The notes under the pieces were generated by a model that saw only the letters and a list, made by a program, of their open reading frames with translations, had not been told where the DNA came from and searched no databases. A program made the position numbers and the translations under genes. From assembly GCA_043228905.1 (NCBI GenBank), contig JBHGNT010000001.1, forward strand, positions 35,092,001 through 35,156,000: a stretch of 64,000 nt of DNA, read 5' to 3'. This document shows, piece after piece, positions 1 through 12,692 of this stretch (its first letter is position 1; the number at the start of each line of letters is the position of its first letter). This stretch comes from Azolla caroliniana (lineage: Eukaryota; Plantae; Polypodiophyta).

Positions 1-2445
1 TTAAGATGCAAACCATTTTTCTACAAATTATTATGAGGATAGAAACAACAAATCCCCTTGTAAAAACTGATTGAGGGTCGTGTCATTTCATATCCCTTGC
101 AGTTTATTTGGTAATGAGTGTATTATTAAAAGTTGGTCAGCTATGGGCAATACAGTGATGCTTTCTTGGAATTCAATTAAAAACTAGCGTCACAAGCATT
201 TTGTGTTCAGACCTTGTGTTCACCCAAATTTGCCAGTTCGAAAGTTTTGTCATTTAATTCCAAGAATTTTTTTTTGTGTATATTGTAACTTGCAAGTGAA
301 CATAAGTTAGGGACTTAAATATTTTCTTTAATATTACAAACCAAGGGCTTTCTTTTCTGTTTTTAAAATGCATTATGTCTCCATTTTTTCTTGGTTACAT
401 ATGTTATTCGAGCAATTACACATTCTACACATGGGCATTTCGAGATGTAACAAAAGATTAGAGGGAAATTGGATGTTTCAAATACCGGAACCATATTTCA
501 GAATATTACAATAAACTTTACTTATCCAAAATTGATCAATCATCAAAAGGTGCACTAGTTGTTTAATCATGCGTGAGTTATTGTTGGGGTGATGGAGACT
601 CGAGAGTAAAAACACAAACTTTTTAAAGCTCTCCAACCATACGAAAGATACTTGCCGTTTGCAATACCAAGCTCGTTGCAAAAAATCATCCCCTTCATAC
701 TTGTTGAAGAGACAATGGTTGTTTGTAAAAAAAGGGGTGCATGGTTTGATTTTATTAAACCATATTTATTCATACTAAACCTATGTTGGATGTTCATCAT
801 TCGTGTGGAGTTTGCGCAAGCACATACGCGTGTGCATAGTTTTAATGCTTATATACATAAGTTGCTAGTTAATTTACTATACAAATGGATAAAGCACAAC
901 AAATGTCAAAGCTAGTACTTTTAATTTAATTTGTAGATGTTGAAAGCAAATGTACATGTCTCTATTCATTACGAATATAGTTCCTTTCCCAGTTCCAAAT
1001 TTGACGGTTGACTACAACGAAATCAGTGTGGGGTTATGGTCGCAAAACACCTACGCATTGTACACTTCGTGCATTCACATTGTTTATGTAACTATAAATT
1101 TGTCACAATGAGGCTTTAACTTCTTGTCCTACTCTTGGAGAGTTTTAACTTCTTGTCATAAGCTGTAATGCTTCCTTTCAATTTAATCTTTACAAATAAA
1201 AGTTGTACTATTACTCCTTACTTACAAACATCTTGTTTTGTGGTAACAACCTCTTGATTCGATCATTAAACTGGAATAACACAATGTTGATGGTAACAAA
1301 AGGCCTCCTTTCACCTAGCTTTCAACAATTAATATCCTTGAAAACGGCACACATTACTAGTTTTTCTGTTGTATATTTGCATGCGCATCGTGGAGCGATC
1401 TCTAAACCTAGGTTTGTAACTTAGGAAGGACATGCACAATATAAATCCGATGTTACGGAGGAGGAGTTTGAAGCAATGTTGGAAAAAGCTTTTGCCGATT
1501 ATTACTGTAGTTGGGCATAAAAAGGCATCCACAATTTCAACACGAGGCACACAAATGAATGCAAATGAAATGACTGAACGGAGGCACGATCACTACGCTA
1601 CGGAAAGAGTGTTACGAAAACATCATAGACTTGTATGAACCAGTCTTGTTTTGATTGATTTGTCAAATGAATGAAAATACACATCCATCAATCCATACAA
1701 ATGTGAAGGCAAAATAATACACACATGCATACAAAATGAAGGATCGGAAGTAGTACAATGGAAGAACGAGCACTCTCAATGTGTGTGTGTGTGTGCAGAA
1801 AATTCTTATCCCAACACAACACCCCCCCCCCCCCCCCCCCCCTCCTCCCTCCAAAATAAATAAATACAAATAAAAATAGATTATATTTATAGCATAATTA
1901 TGCCTTCTAGCAACAAATGTAATGCCTCATAAACCAAATAACAAAATACAAATATTTGCTCCATTTTCTTTTATTTATTTACTTATTCGCTGCATATTTT
2001 ATTTAACCAGAAAACGCTCAAAAAAAGGAATATATACATATTATATATATATATATATATAAAACAAACCAAACCAAAGTAGTGAAGAAAAGAAAAGCAA
2101 AGGAAAGGAAAGGAAAGAGGTCAACAAAATCAAATATATAAATAAATAAAACAAAAACAGAACAAAGTCGAAATAAATAAATTAAAACAAACGGACAACA
2201 AAATCAAATCCCCACTCAATATACATATTTAACAATAAATTAAATTAAATTAAATGAAGCATAAAAACAAAACAAAATTTTAAAAATGGGAGGCAAAAGC
2301 CTGGTTTTGTGTGGTGGTGGTTTTGAGGGGCGGTTTTAGGAGAGAGAGAGAGAGAGAGAGAGATTTTGAAAATCAGCGGTTTTGGATGTTTTATGTGTCT
2401 CAGGAAGGAATCCTGCCGGAGATTCATTCCGCCTCTGCAGATTCC

Positions 2446-2485
<40 letters not shown>

Positions 2486-2710
2486 AGAGAGCAGAAACCC
2501 AGACATATGTACATAAATACATACAGACAAAAGACGAAGAAGCTCCATAGCCAGGAGGACAAGACTTCTCTCTCTCTTTTCTCTCACATTTCTGAGCGAG
2601 CTCGCCATTACCAGTCTTAGTCTCCACCTTCCCTTTCATTCTCTTTCCCGCTCCACCATAAATATTTAAACCCTATCGACGCCGTGCAAGAACAACCCCC
2701 CCCCCCCCCC

Positions 2711-2906
2711 AAACCCTAAAACCCTGTCTAAACCCTCACGGATCAAGGTTCAATTGTGTAATCCTGAAACCCTAAAACCTTGCAAATGTTGTCTAAACCC
2801 TCAACCTTTAAGCCGTATCAAACCCCCAAACGCTTCAAACCTTAAACTCTATTCATCTACCTCTAGCCTTAAACCTCCCATTTCTCTTTCTCTTTTCAAA
2901 CCCTAA
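2711..2906 (+). promoter_or_regulatory. Cluster of telo-box-like AAACCCT(A)A motifs immediately upstream of the first gene
   Basis: AAACCCTAA at ~2711, ~2767 and ~2898, with several AAACCCT variants between, directly 5' of the ATG at 2921. Confidence 0.55.
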
Positions 2907-2920
2907 TATTTCATAAAGGC

Positions 2921-5900
2921 ATGAATTCCGTTACAGAGATGGATGTTCGGTTTCCATTGACCGTGAAAAGGGATGAATTCGAAGCAGAAGAAGACGCTGC
3001 TTCTAGAAGAAACGGTGAACGTGGCCATGAAGTTTCTTTTCTTTGGTCTCAACTTCATCATCTAGGGTGAGTGACGATTCAAAAAAACTCGATAAATGCA
3101 TCGATACCTCAATGAGCTAATTTTGTTTCGGTGTTTTTTTTTTCTGTGTCTTAACTTGTTAGTTGTCGTTTGTTTAGCTAAATGATTCTTGTTTTCTTCA
3201 TCGAATGGTGTAGGAATCTGGGGTTTGATCCTGGACACTTCCGTATCGATCCTTATGGAAATGTTTTGTACTGGTTCGCAGACCCATCTTCTCCCCTTGC
3301 TTGGGAAGTGGACCATTGGTTCCCATCATCAAGTAAATATATTCTTAAGATTAATCAAAGGACTTAAACTCTTTTTCAAAGATAGATCTTAATTCAATAC
3401 AAAAATGTCTTTAAATTTGGTGTAAGAATGTTTTATTTATCCTTAAATTATGATAAAGAAACACCTTGAGTTTGATAAAAGAAATACCCTTCAATCGGAT
3501 TACTAATGACTTAACATTTGATTACACATGTCTTATCTTCGATTTCATTACAAAGCACCTTACATTTTATCATCAGATACATTACGTGTCTATCAAAAGC
3601 TACGGCATTTTTAAGAAATTCTTGAATTGATAAAAAAACTCCGGCCTTAGAGTAATCTAGTCGTTTTGTTTGTTTTCGTAGATACACGTTCTCATATTTT
3701 TTGTTGTTATTTTTCTCACGGTTCCTAGGAAGGGGAGACAAGAGAGTGATGGGAAACGTAAGGTTGATTCAATGGCAAGTAGCCCAGCTTAAACAGGAAA
3801 AGCTTGAATTTCTGATGCCTTCTTGGGATCTTCAAGTGGGCATATCAGTCAATCAGTTCCTTGTCATATACGCATCCAAGAATGCTGATTTCAGGTCATC
3901 TCGCGCTTTCTCTCAATCAAATTTTCTCATTTCTTTTTAAGCTTTCCATGGGTTTTGGTTCATATGTGAGCTGACAGTCAATGGTTTTCAGGAAGAGGGC
4001 CTTCTCATTGCTCTTCCTCACCAATGATGCGGATGATGCTCATCAACAATATATCTGGCCTCTCCACTTTAAACAGAGATATGGAAAGGAAACAGTAAAA
4101 GGAAGGGAAAACGACGATCAAGGTAATAACTATGTATATAAATTGAGTGAGAGAGACAATATACTTACCTATGAGTCACTATGAAAAATCGTAAGAGGGA
4201 ATCTAGCTTAAAGCATACGTGGTCCTCTATCTAGGTGCCTCCTTGAAATGGCCGAACATTGAAAAAAAAGCATTGGTTGATCATGTCGAAAATGTGGTCG
4301 AGATTATGGGGAAGAAGCCAATCCGTAATCCTTATACATGTGAAATGAAGGTATTTCTTTAATCTCATTGTACTTACTTACAAAAAGGGACCTTATGTTA
4401 TGGAGAAGACTTGTGTTGCATTGTATCATCAGTGAAATCCTTTTGTTGATGATCACCTCCACAATAGGATCGGATTCTGCACGAACTGGCAGAAGAGCTA
4501 GTACAAAGTTACACATTGCTAAGTTCATCCATAGAGCAACAAAGTGAAACTGGAAGGGAGCTGAGCCTAGAAGTGGAGCGAAAGAAAGAACAAGTTCTTT
4601 TGATGGAGAAAGAGTTAAAGAGAACGCGGCATCATAATGAGAGAGAAATGTTAGCTCTCCGAGAGCTCGAGAGCACTCTTGAAAAGCACAAGCAGCAGTT
4701 GGAGAAGCAACAGCATTGGTCAGAAATGCAGTCACAATATCGTGAATGCCTTGAACGCATTATCCGAGATACGTTACATCAGTAAGCATGTTTGCCCACA
4801 TTTCTCAACAAGATTTTAGACTAGCAATATCATCAGTAAGAATATATTCTATTCGAATATCCTATCAACATCAGATGTACTTAATTTAACATATCATACA
4901 TATGCTACTCAAGAAGTCTACCAGCATCATATATACTGTATTTGAAATGTGGAGTAGAAATATCATACATTTGCTACTCAAGAAGTCTACCAGCATCATA
5001 TATACTTTATTCATATATTGCCAGGCATTTTTGAATGTCGAGTAATATCATATACTTTTTAAAAATGCTACTCAAAACGCCAGCAAAAACACGTGCACCA
5101 TTCAAAATGCCTTGGCAATGTCAGCTACAGTGTTCAAAATGTGGTGATATCATATTCTCTAATTTGTAGATGTAATGCTAATCCATTTTTTTAACCTATG
5201 TTGTAGGAGTTTGATCTTTAGAGAGCAAGCGAGACTTAATGAGGCAGCTTGTGATTCCTTATTAGTCAAAATTCAGTCTCATAAAATGAGTTGTAAAAAA
5301 GCTGAACTAGATCTTATTGAACGCTTGAAACAAAGGCAGGACCTAGAGTTGGAGAGGGTTATACAAGAAGGATTCAGAAGTCTCAAACACAATCTGGATA
5401 AAAAGGAAAGTGTTATGAATGGACAGGAATTAGTTATGGATCAAGAGGAAGGTCTTATCGATGAAAATCAAAATATGGTTAGTGATAAAGTATTATGTAT
5501 AGATGATGTAGGTTCAAATTCAACTTCAATGAAGGATGAAGAAAAACATGTACATGGGGATACAACACAAATGAGAACTAGTAGGAGTTACACAGATACT
5601 TTAGGGACTCAATTAAGGTCGTCATTGATGTGGATGGATACCATAATAGAAGAGGACGAGGATAGAGAAGCCAAAGAATCAGAATCAGAATCAGAATCAG
5701 AATCACAAAGATCTCCTACAAAGAGGCAATGTGCAGAAAAGATCATTTTACCAAATGGTAATAAATCTTTCATCTAAAATTTGTTTGAAATGATTTGTTA
5801 ACAAGTGAATCTCATCGTTTGAATGGTTTGTTGTCATGAAATATTGAAAGGTGACTGTCACGATCGTCCTGGATACCAAGAACCAAAACCATTCACAGAT

Positions 5901-6875
5901 GAAACAGATGAGGCAAATACGAAGACAAGTGAAGAAGAGAAACAACTCAATAAGCTTCTGCAGGAGGTTTTAACTCTTGAGGGACAGCCATATGATGCAC
6001 CTCCTCACACATTCAATCCTCTGGAGAGCGAGGAAGACCGAAAGACTCGGTTGGGGAAGCTGAATGTAGATAAGTGGTTACAAAGATTGCTTCTAAACAG
6101 TGGATCTGATGCCGAAAAAAATGTTGGAAAGTTGGGGAATCATCATGATAAACAAAGTTCAAACAAGGCTCGATGTACCAATGAAAAGCAAGAAGTATCC
6201 AACAGTACGAATTTCACACGGAATGAGGATAAGTCGAGAAAGGTGCTAGATGGGCTCTTCAGGATGATGAGTTTTCGCCATGAAGAGAAGATGCTGAAAA
6301 GTGATGCTACACCGGCTTGTGAAGGCTTTGTAAAGAGAAGGAGAGAAGACATGAGAGATGGTGAGAAGAAGAGGAAACACAGAATCAAGCATTTGGTGTA
6401 TTCACAGTCACAATTTCAATCTCAACCTCAATTGCCATCCCCATTGCAATCACAATCACAATGTCAATCGCAATCATATGACCATCATCACCAAGAGAAG
6501 GCTGATGCAAAGTTGAAAGTGGATGGAGAAGAGGAGACCTCCAATTGCTCCAATTCAATCGATAGCATCAGCGTTTCTTCAGGCATTATACCATCTTATT
6601 CTAATGAAGTAGTAAAAAGAAGCTACAGCATGAGTTCTACTAGTGATCCATGGATTCAAACCATGCAGAATGGTTCCGAATCTACCACTAGTATCTTTGT
6701 CTTTGAGGAAGGTGAATGTGTAAATGAAGGATTGGAGGCTATATTCCATGATGGATATAATACCAAAAACATGGCTGGTGGCACAGGTCTGAAAGCCTCT
6801 CTGAGAACCTCATGCAAAAAAGCATGGAACCGAGCTCGATCTCGAAGAGAAATCCGATCAACTACCAAACAGTAA
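2921..6875 (+). CDS. Plant coiled-coil protein with N-terminal HNH-like domain ('titin homolog'/At5g12900-like family), 8 exons
   Basis: Exons ~2921-3066, 3214-3332, 3729-3894, 3992-4122, 4235-4350, 4468-4781, 5207-5757, 5851-6875 join in frame through GT-AG introns. The motif FRIDPYGNVLYWFADPSSPLAWEVDHWFP..RG..NVRLIQWQV..KLEFLMPSWDLQVGISVNQFL is characteristic of this family. It is followed by a coiled coil and a GKLNVDKWLQRLL motif. Confidence 0.85.
4893..5007. repeat. Intronic direct duplication (~45 bp)
   Basis: ATCATACATWTGCTACTCAAGAAGTCTACCAGCATCATATATACT occurs at ~4893 and again at ~4962. Confidence 0.8.
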
Positions 6876-6981
6876 AGGTGCAACGATTGTAACCTCTCTT
6901 GATAGGTGATAGAAGAGAAATCCGATCAGCTACCAAATAGTGAAGGTGCAACGATTGTAACCTTTCTTGATTGGTGATAGA
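6844..6981. repeat. ~68 bp tandem duplication spanning the stop codon of gene 1
   Basis: AGAGAAATCCGATCARCTACCAAAYAGTRAAGGTGCAACGATTGTAACCTYTCTTGATWGGTGATAGA occurs twice. Confidence 0.9.
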
Positions 6982-8363
6982 TACCAATCTTTGTAAAGTT
7001 GAGGTTATTCTTTAAAGGTTTTATTCAGCTACAATTGGGTAGTTTCCTTGTGGTTCTTGTTCTATTGATTAATGGAGTGATCAATTATTTGTGAAGGTGA
7101 GGTGAGATCACAGCACATAGAGGATCCAGAGTCACTTTGCCCAATTCTACAATCGGTTCTATTTAGCAATTATCTATGGCTACTCCCATTCCTGAATGCC
7201 AAGTTAATTCTTGTTGTAAGTGTTTGTAAGCTTTCGAAATACACGAGCTTTATACAAATGCCGGGTGTTTTGACACTTGGACCTTTGCTCCAGAAAGTTT
7301 TGCTCTTTGGTAGTAATATGAGAAATGCCACCACTCCTAAATGATGTGTTAGAAATATGGGTTGTAAAGGGCATTAATTTAAAATTACACGCGTTGCTTA
7401 GGAAAAACAATTCGATTAGGTCATCAAACAATTCTTATATCCAGACTATCACAAGAGTAATATAAATATGTCACTAACATTGATGATAACAAAAGATCAT
7501 TAGATTAGTGAATTGGCTGTAGACTCTTCATATATATATATATATAGTACATTCTTATTATCTCCTATGACAAGGCAAATGAAGGCTCCTTTCAAAGAAC
7601 AATCCAAATGTCCCAATTAATGCTCTATTCAGTTTTTTATTTCATCAAAAGAGTTGAAGCTTATGCAGTCCTCTATCCTTAGTTAGAACCATATATTAAT
7701 GTAATAGAGTTTAAAGTTGATACAACCCTAGATCAACAAACGCTTCTATTGGTTACAACCCAAAATCAACTTCTTTATTGCATCATCTATTGTTACTATC
7801 CTCCTTGTTCTTTAGTATTGTTTATCTTGATCCAACCTTGAATTCTTTTCTTACATCTCCATAGTTTTCCAAGTTAAGTTTGCATTATTTAAATTCCCCC
7901 CTCCTCCACATATACCCCAACCGCTACTAATAAAGATCACAAACAATACGCTTTGAGGGAATCATAAAGTTCATTAATTGTATTTCATGTTGTGGATTGG
8001 GAGGCCTTGGAGCTTAGATGGTATAAAGTGCGTAGTGCATGCGCCTATACATCTACTTTGAGGTACATATATCCCCCCCCAAGGAGTCTATGTAGGAGAC
8101 AAGCCACATTGGTACAATATGCAAGGCCGTACGGAAATGTATGTTGAATCTATACATATTTGTTTGTTTGTTTGTATCTTTGATTGGGTGTAGTTTTGGG
8201 AGTTTTCTTCATGTATACAGAAATATGTTCAAAGATGGAAAGCAGGATTTGAGCCCACGACCTTGGAGGTGTTGGTTGTACCCTGCTCAAGAGAGAGCAG
8301 GACCTTCACTTACCATCGGAATTACAATCGACAAAAGAAAAACAGAGACGCCGCCGGAGGGTC

Positions 8364-8680
8364 GATCTGTTTGTTGATACCTCAGCTTCTGAGACAGAGA
8401 GTCCATCGATCTGTTTGTCGATACCTCAGCTTCTGAGACAGAGAGTCCATCGATCTGTTTGTTGATTCCCCAGCTTCTGAGACAGAGAATCGATCGATCT
8501 GTTTGTTGATTCCTCAGCCTCTGAGACAGAGAATCGATCGATCTGTTTGTTGAGTCCTCAGCTTCTGAGACAGAGAATCGATCGATCTGTTTGTTGATTC
8601 CTCAGCCTCTGAGACTGAGAATCGATCGATCTGTTTGTTGATTCCTCAGCTTCTGAGACAGAGAATCGATCGATCTGTTT
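8364..8680. repeat. Minisatellite, 44 bp unit, 7 full copies plus a partial copy
   Basis: Unit GATCTGTTTGTTGATTCCTCAGCTTCTGAGACAGAGAATCGATC starts at 8364, 8408, 8452, 8496, 8540, 8584, 8628 and 8672. Confidence 0.95.
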
Positions 8681-9153
8681 TGTCTCTGTGTGCGTGCGTG
8701 TCATGTGTTAGAGAGAGATGGAGAGATGAGAGACCATACGTTTTGCAGGTAATGCTCACTAAAATAACAACTCTGCTTTTTTAACCTCTCTCTCTATGTT
8801 TCCTTTTTAGTGTTCCTACTCGAAGCATCATTTTGATGGGAAATAATTAAAAAACGTTCCTTTCTTTCAGGTCCTGTGTTTTTGCAATCTAGGAAGAGTA
8901 TAGCGTGACTACTCCTCATAGAAGTGAGTCTTTCTTTCCTTCATACAAGTTTGCTTCCTCTGTCTTTCATATTTGTTTTTGGTTCGAATTCTCTCAAAAC
9001 CCATTGTTTTTACGTCTGTCTTTTTCCTGTGGAGCTCTTTTTGTTTTCCCTTTCTTCCGCTTATTTATTTTCAATATTTTCTCCTATATTTTTTCATCTT
9101 TTGTTTGCTGGAAGAGATGGTCCTTTAAATAGCCCAGATTTATTCTGATAAAA

Positions 9154-9950
9154 CTAGAGCATAGCACAAGCACAAACATCTGCGTGAACATGAGGAGTAG
9201 AAGCACAAATGTGTGCATGACGATGACACGAAGCTGAGGATGGGGGATAAGGAGGAGTATCAAAAGCCCAACCATGAAGATGCGCATGAGAATGGGCATG
9301 ATGATAAGGAGGAAGAGGATTCGTGCTCAATCTGGGGCAATCATATAATGTAACCTCCAATGCATTCTAAGTGATCATGTGCATATACTTCAATGCATAA
9401 ATAAGTTGCCTCCTCAAGCAATATCCCTCTAAGAGGTGTTGGTTGTACTTCATCTGGAGGTGCCCTATATCTGCATATCTCTATATCCAACTGATGTGAT
9501 GAGGTGCAGATATTTCTGCTTGTGTATCTCTATCTATGAGACAAATGGATATTTGTTTATCCAGGGCATAGGCTAAATTGATCCTCAGTGATGTGGATAA
9601 GATCATCTTCGTAAAATTTCTCCATAAGTTCAGTCCATGCCCTCTGATGACCTTGTTAATCTGTAAAGGAGTTTTTGCACAAAGTAGTATGGGAAGATGC
9701 TTTATCTATGCAGAAATGAAAGCAATGAAAACCATGATTTCACTTGGTCAATAGCAAAATAAAGCACGGTCCTTGCTTACTAATTGTCTCTGGGACTACA
9801 GAGCCAACCTCTATCAGAGCCTCAAGGAGGAGCATGAAGGCTTCATCCTGAATCATTCTGGAGATCATGAGTTCAAAGATATCAGCGTCAATCTTCACGC
9901 ATGGGAAATGCCTCTAGATTTGCAATGATGGTTCAGACTAGGCTCTCAAA
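9154..9950 (-). pseudogene. Possible decayed spliced coding relic of unknown family
   Basis: The minus strand reads VKIDADIFELMISRMIQDEAFMLLLEALIEVGSVVPETI, then a GTAAGC donor (~9780) and a TTCTGCATAG acceptor (~9706). It continues in frame as NKASSHTTLCKNSFTD*QGHQRAWTELMEKFYEDDLIHITEDQF... with scattered single stops. Confidence 0.35.
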
Positions 9951-10076
9951 TCTGGTCCCGAAACCCTCAGTGGAAGTCCACAAAGAGAGAGTAAAAGAAT
10001 GCATGTCTCTGTGTATATGTGTGCCCCAAACCCTATTGTCTTTTCATTGTACCAGGAGGACATCTAGATTTAAACA

Positions 10077-11181
10077 ATGAGCTATCTTCTCCCTAGCTTG
10101 TCGAGAAAGGAAGATGTGGACAAGGCTATCTGTGATACACTTGACAAAGTGCTTGTCTTGCGTTTTGGGAGATCATCCGATGTTGTTTGCATGCAAATGG
10201 ATGAGATTGTAAAACTCTACAACCTCAGTTTTCCATTTTTTGTTATGTGGTTTCAGATCTCATGCATTATATTATGCAAACAAATATTATGTATACATAA
10301 GAGAATGACTATTATGAGATAAGAATATGTACAGCTCGCCAAATCAGCGAGGGATGTCTCCAAATTTGCCTCTGTTAAACTCGTGGATGTTGATGCGGAA
10401 GAAATACAAGCTTATGTGCAATACTTCGACATCACATGGATTCCAGCAACTGTATTCTTCTTTAACGCACAGCATATGAAGATGGATTCTGGGTAATAAT
10501 TATAGACAGGTTGATTGTTGCAAATTTACTTTCATGGCACATTTTCTGTGATAGATCACTTGATCAAATGGCGAAGAGTTCATTTTAACTGCATATTATA
10601 TGCTGTTTTACTGCTTCTACAGTTCACCTGATCATACAAAGTGGATAGGGGCATTTCATACCAAACAAGATTTTGTTGATGTTGTGGAGGTTCGATCTTC
10701 TACTCTCACAAGTGTAATATACGAATTTGAATGATGAATAGTCGGTTCATTGATGCAGAAGACTAATTACACACTACTTGTTAATTGTGATTAATTAGTT
10801 AATGAGATGCACTGGTCTGTACTATTTTATATATATATATTTAATGTATGTATATATATCTATAATATCGAAAATTTTGGAATTAATGATATTGTCTTCT
10901 TGATTTCCAAGGTTATAACAAAGGATATTAAATTGGGTAGAGAAAAGATTTATTAATATAAAAATATCCAGTTACCATATTAGTTACATAAAATGAATGA
11001 CTTTATTTGTTGGTTGTAGCTGATTACCTTTTAGAATAACTTAAATAATATAGCATCTAATTACATTTCAACTTATTGATAGACTATCTTCAGAGGAGCT
11101 ATGAAGGGGAAGATGATTGTTACTTGTCCACTGCCACCCGAAAGAGTGCCAAAGTATGAACTTCTCTATAAGGGAATATAA
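10077..11181 (+). CDS. TXNL4B: Thioredoxin-like protein 4B (Dim1/Dim2 family spliceosomal protein), 4 exons
   Basis: Exons 10077-10208, 10335-10492, 10623-10689, 11083-11181 give [102 protein letters not shown], a typical DIM1B. Confidence 0.95.
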
Positions 11182-12473
11182 AATACACTTCTAGGTCATA
11201 TGTTTTCATGACAGGCGAAGGTGTATGACGTGAGAATGATCTTGTAAAAAAAACCTTTTAGATCATACTTTTCCATCATATCAAAGTGTTGTAATGTTAT
11301 ACTTATGAAAGATGGTTAAATGTTGATTTTTAGACCACCATGCATGCTCTGTTGAGAGTTGAGCTAGTTTTTAAGGCAGAGGGTCCAAATCACTAGGCCA
11401 ATGATGATTGCATGTTAAGCAATTTTGATGTGAATCAATTATATTCTTCCCTAATACATAAGATGATAATCAAGATGGAAGGCTCCAAACAAAGTTCTGT
11501 AAGGAGTAGCACTGTCTGCTTGGCTGACAAGGGCACTTTGTTTTGCCAGGAGTGTATTGATGATGGTGTTGCTATTATTTGTCATTGTAGAGGTGCTTGA
11601 TTGGTGTTGTAGATGTGCTTGCAAATTATTTTTGGTATAACAATATCCAATGAAAAATGGTAATAGATGTTACATTTTATAGAGGATCATTCTGAAGTAA
11701 ACTCCACGTATGGGTAGAATGCTGAGCAATAGGGATTAAGACTGAAAAGCAATGCACATTGTAGTGATGGGACCCAAAGCAATGAATCCTTGGAACACGC
11801 TATTGCCATTGATTCCTAATCATTTGGCATTCTATATTTTATTCCCGTATCATCTTTTAAAGAGTAGCTTTGCTTATAAGCTATAACAAACACATGAATA
11901 TCTAGTTGTTTGTTATACGTGTAACTCTAGTTCTCTATGACAAGCTATATCTTATATAACAGCTAGGCCTCAATAATATATACAAGAATTCCTCAAGAAA
12001 ATGTTAGAAATGAAATAATGAGATTTATATGAAATGCAAGAATGTCAAAGAAAGTATTTGTGGTGCTTGATGACAAAGGAACAAAAGGGAAGGTTACTTA
12101 AAATAGATATATAGCTTTGAGATCCTTGACAAATCATTTGTTGCAATGCTAAAAACAGGGTAACATATTGTTTGAGCGCTATAGGTGGACTTGAACTAAC
12201 ATGAAATATTAACTCCAAAAGTTATAATGACTTAGGTGCTCAAGAAGATTCAATTAGACTTGTTGGTTGCAAATCCAATAACTTGTTCAGAGGAACTATT
12301 TTTTTATGGAAGCTAGTTCTATATCATGTTGTGTAGATGGATAGCCAAGTTTTTCTTGGATGAAGTGATGCATGTTGGGCTCAAATGTGCATGTAATGGT
12401 CTCTAAGGTTGGATTCAATACAAGTGGAAGGAAAGACATCGTGAACTAAAAATCTGCGCACTCAATTCGTGTC

Positions 12474-12692
12474 ACATGGAGGTTTTAATTGCTCATTACA
12501 AGCGGGATATTCTCCCCTTGTGTTTGTCTCCTCAACAACTTATTCAATATACCTACTCAAAATGTATCATGTCCTAATTTTCAGATTATCAGAGGATCCA
12601 ACCCTTCATGCCCATGCTTAATCAATTGAGCCCACTCTTTAACATTTTCACTAGATTCTCCTTGTTGTAATGAGCAATTAAAACCTCCATGT
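12474..12692. mobile_element. MITE-like element with ~28 bp perfect terminal inverted repeats
   Basis: ACATGGAGGTTTTAATTGCTCATTACAA at 12474 is mirrored by TTGTAATGAGCAATTAAAACCTCCATGT ending at 12692. No clear target-site duplication. Confidence 0.65.

Noticed and set aside
2245-2639. Overlapping ORFs with ERERER/LSLSLS
   Set aside because: Artefacts of (GA)n/(CT)n microsatellites.
4304-4735. 143 aa minus-strand ORF
   Set aside because: Antisense shadow of the coiled-coil exon of gene 1.
8364-8680. CRISPR-like array
   Set aside because: Units are contiguous near-identical repeats without unique spacers, there are no cas genes, and the context is eukaryotic.
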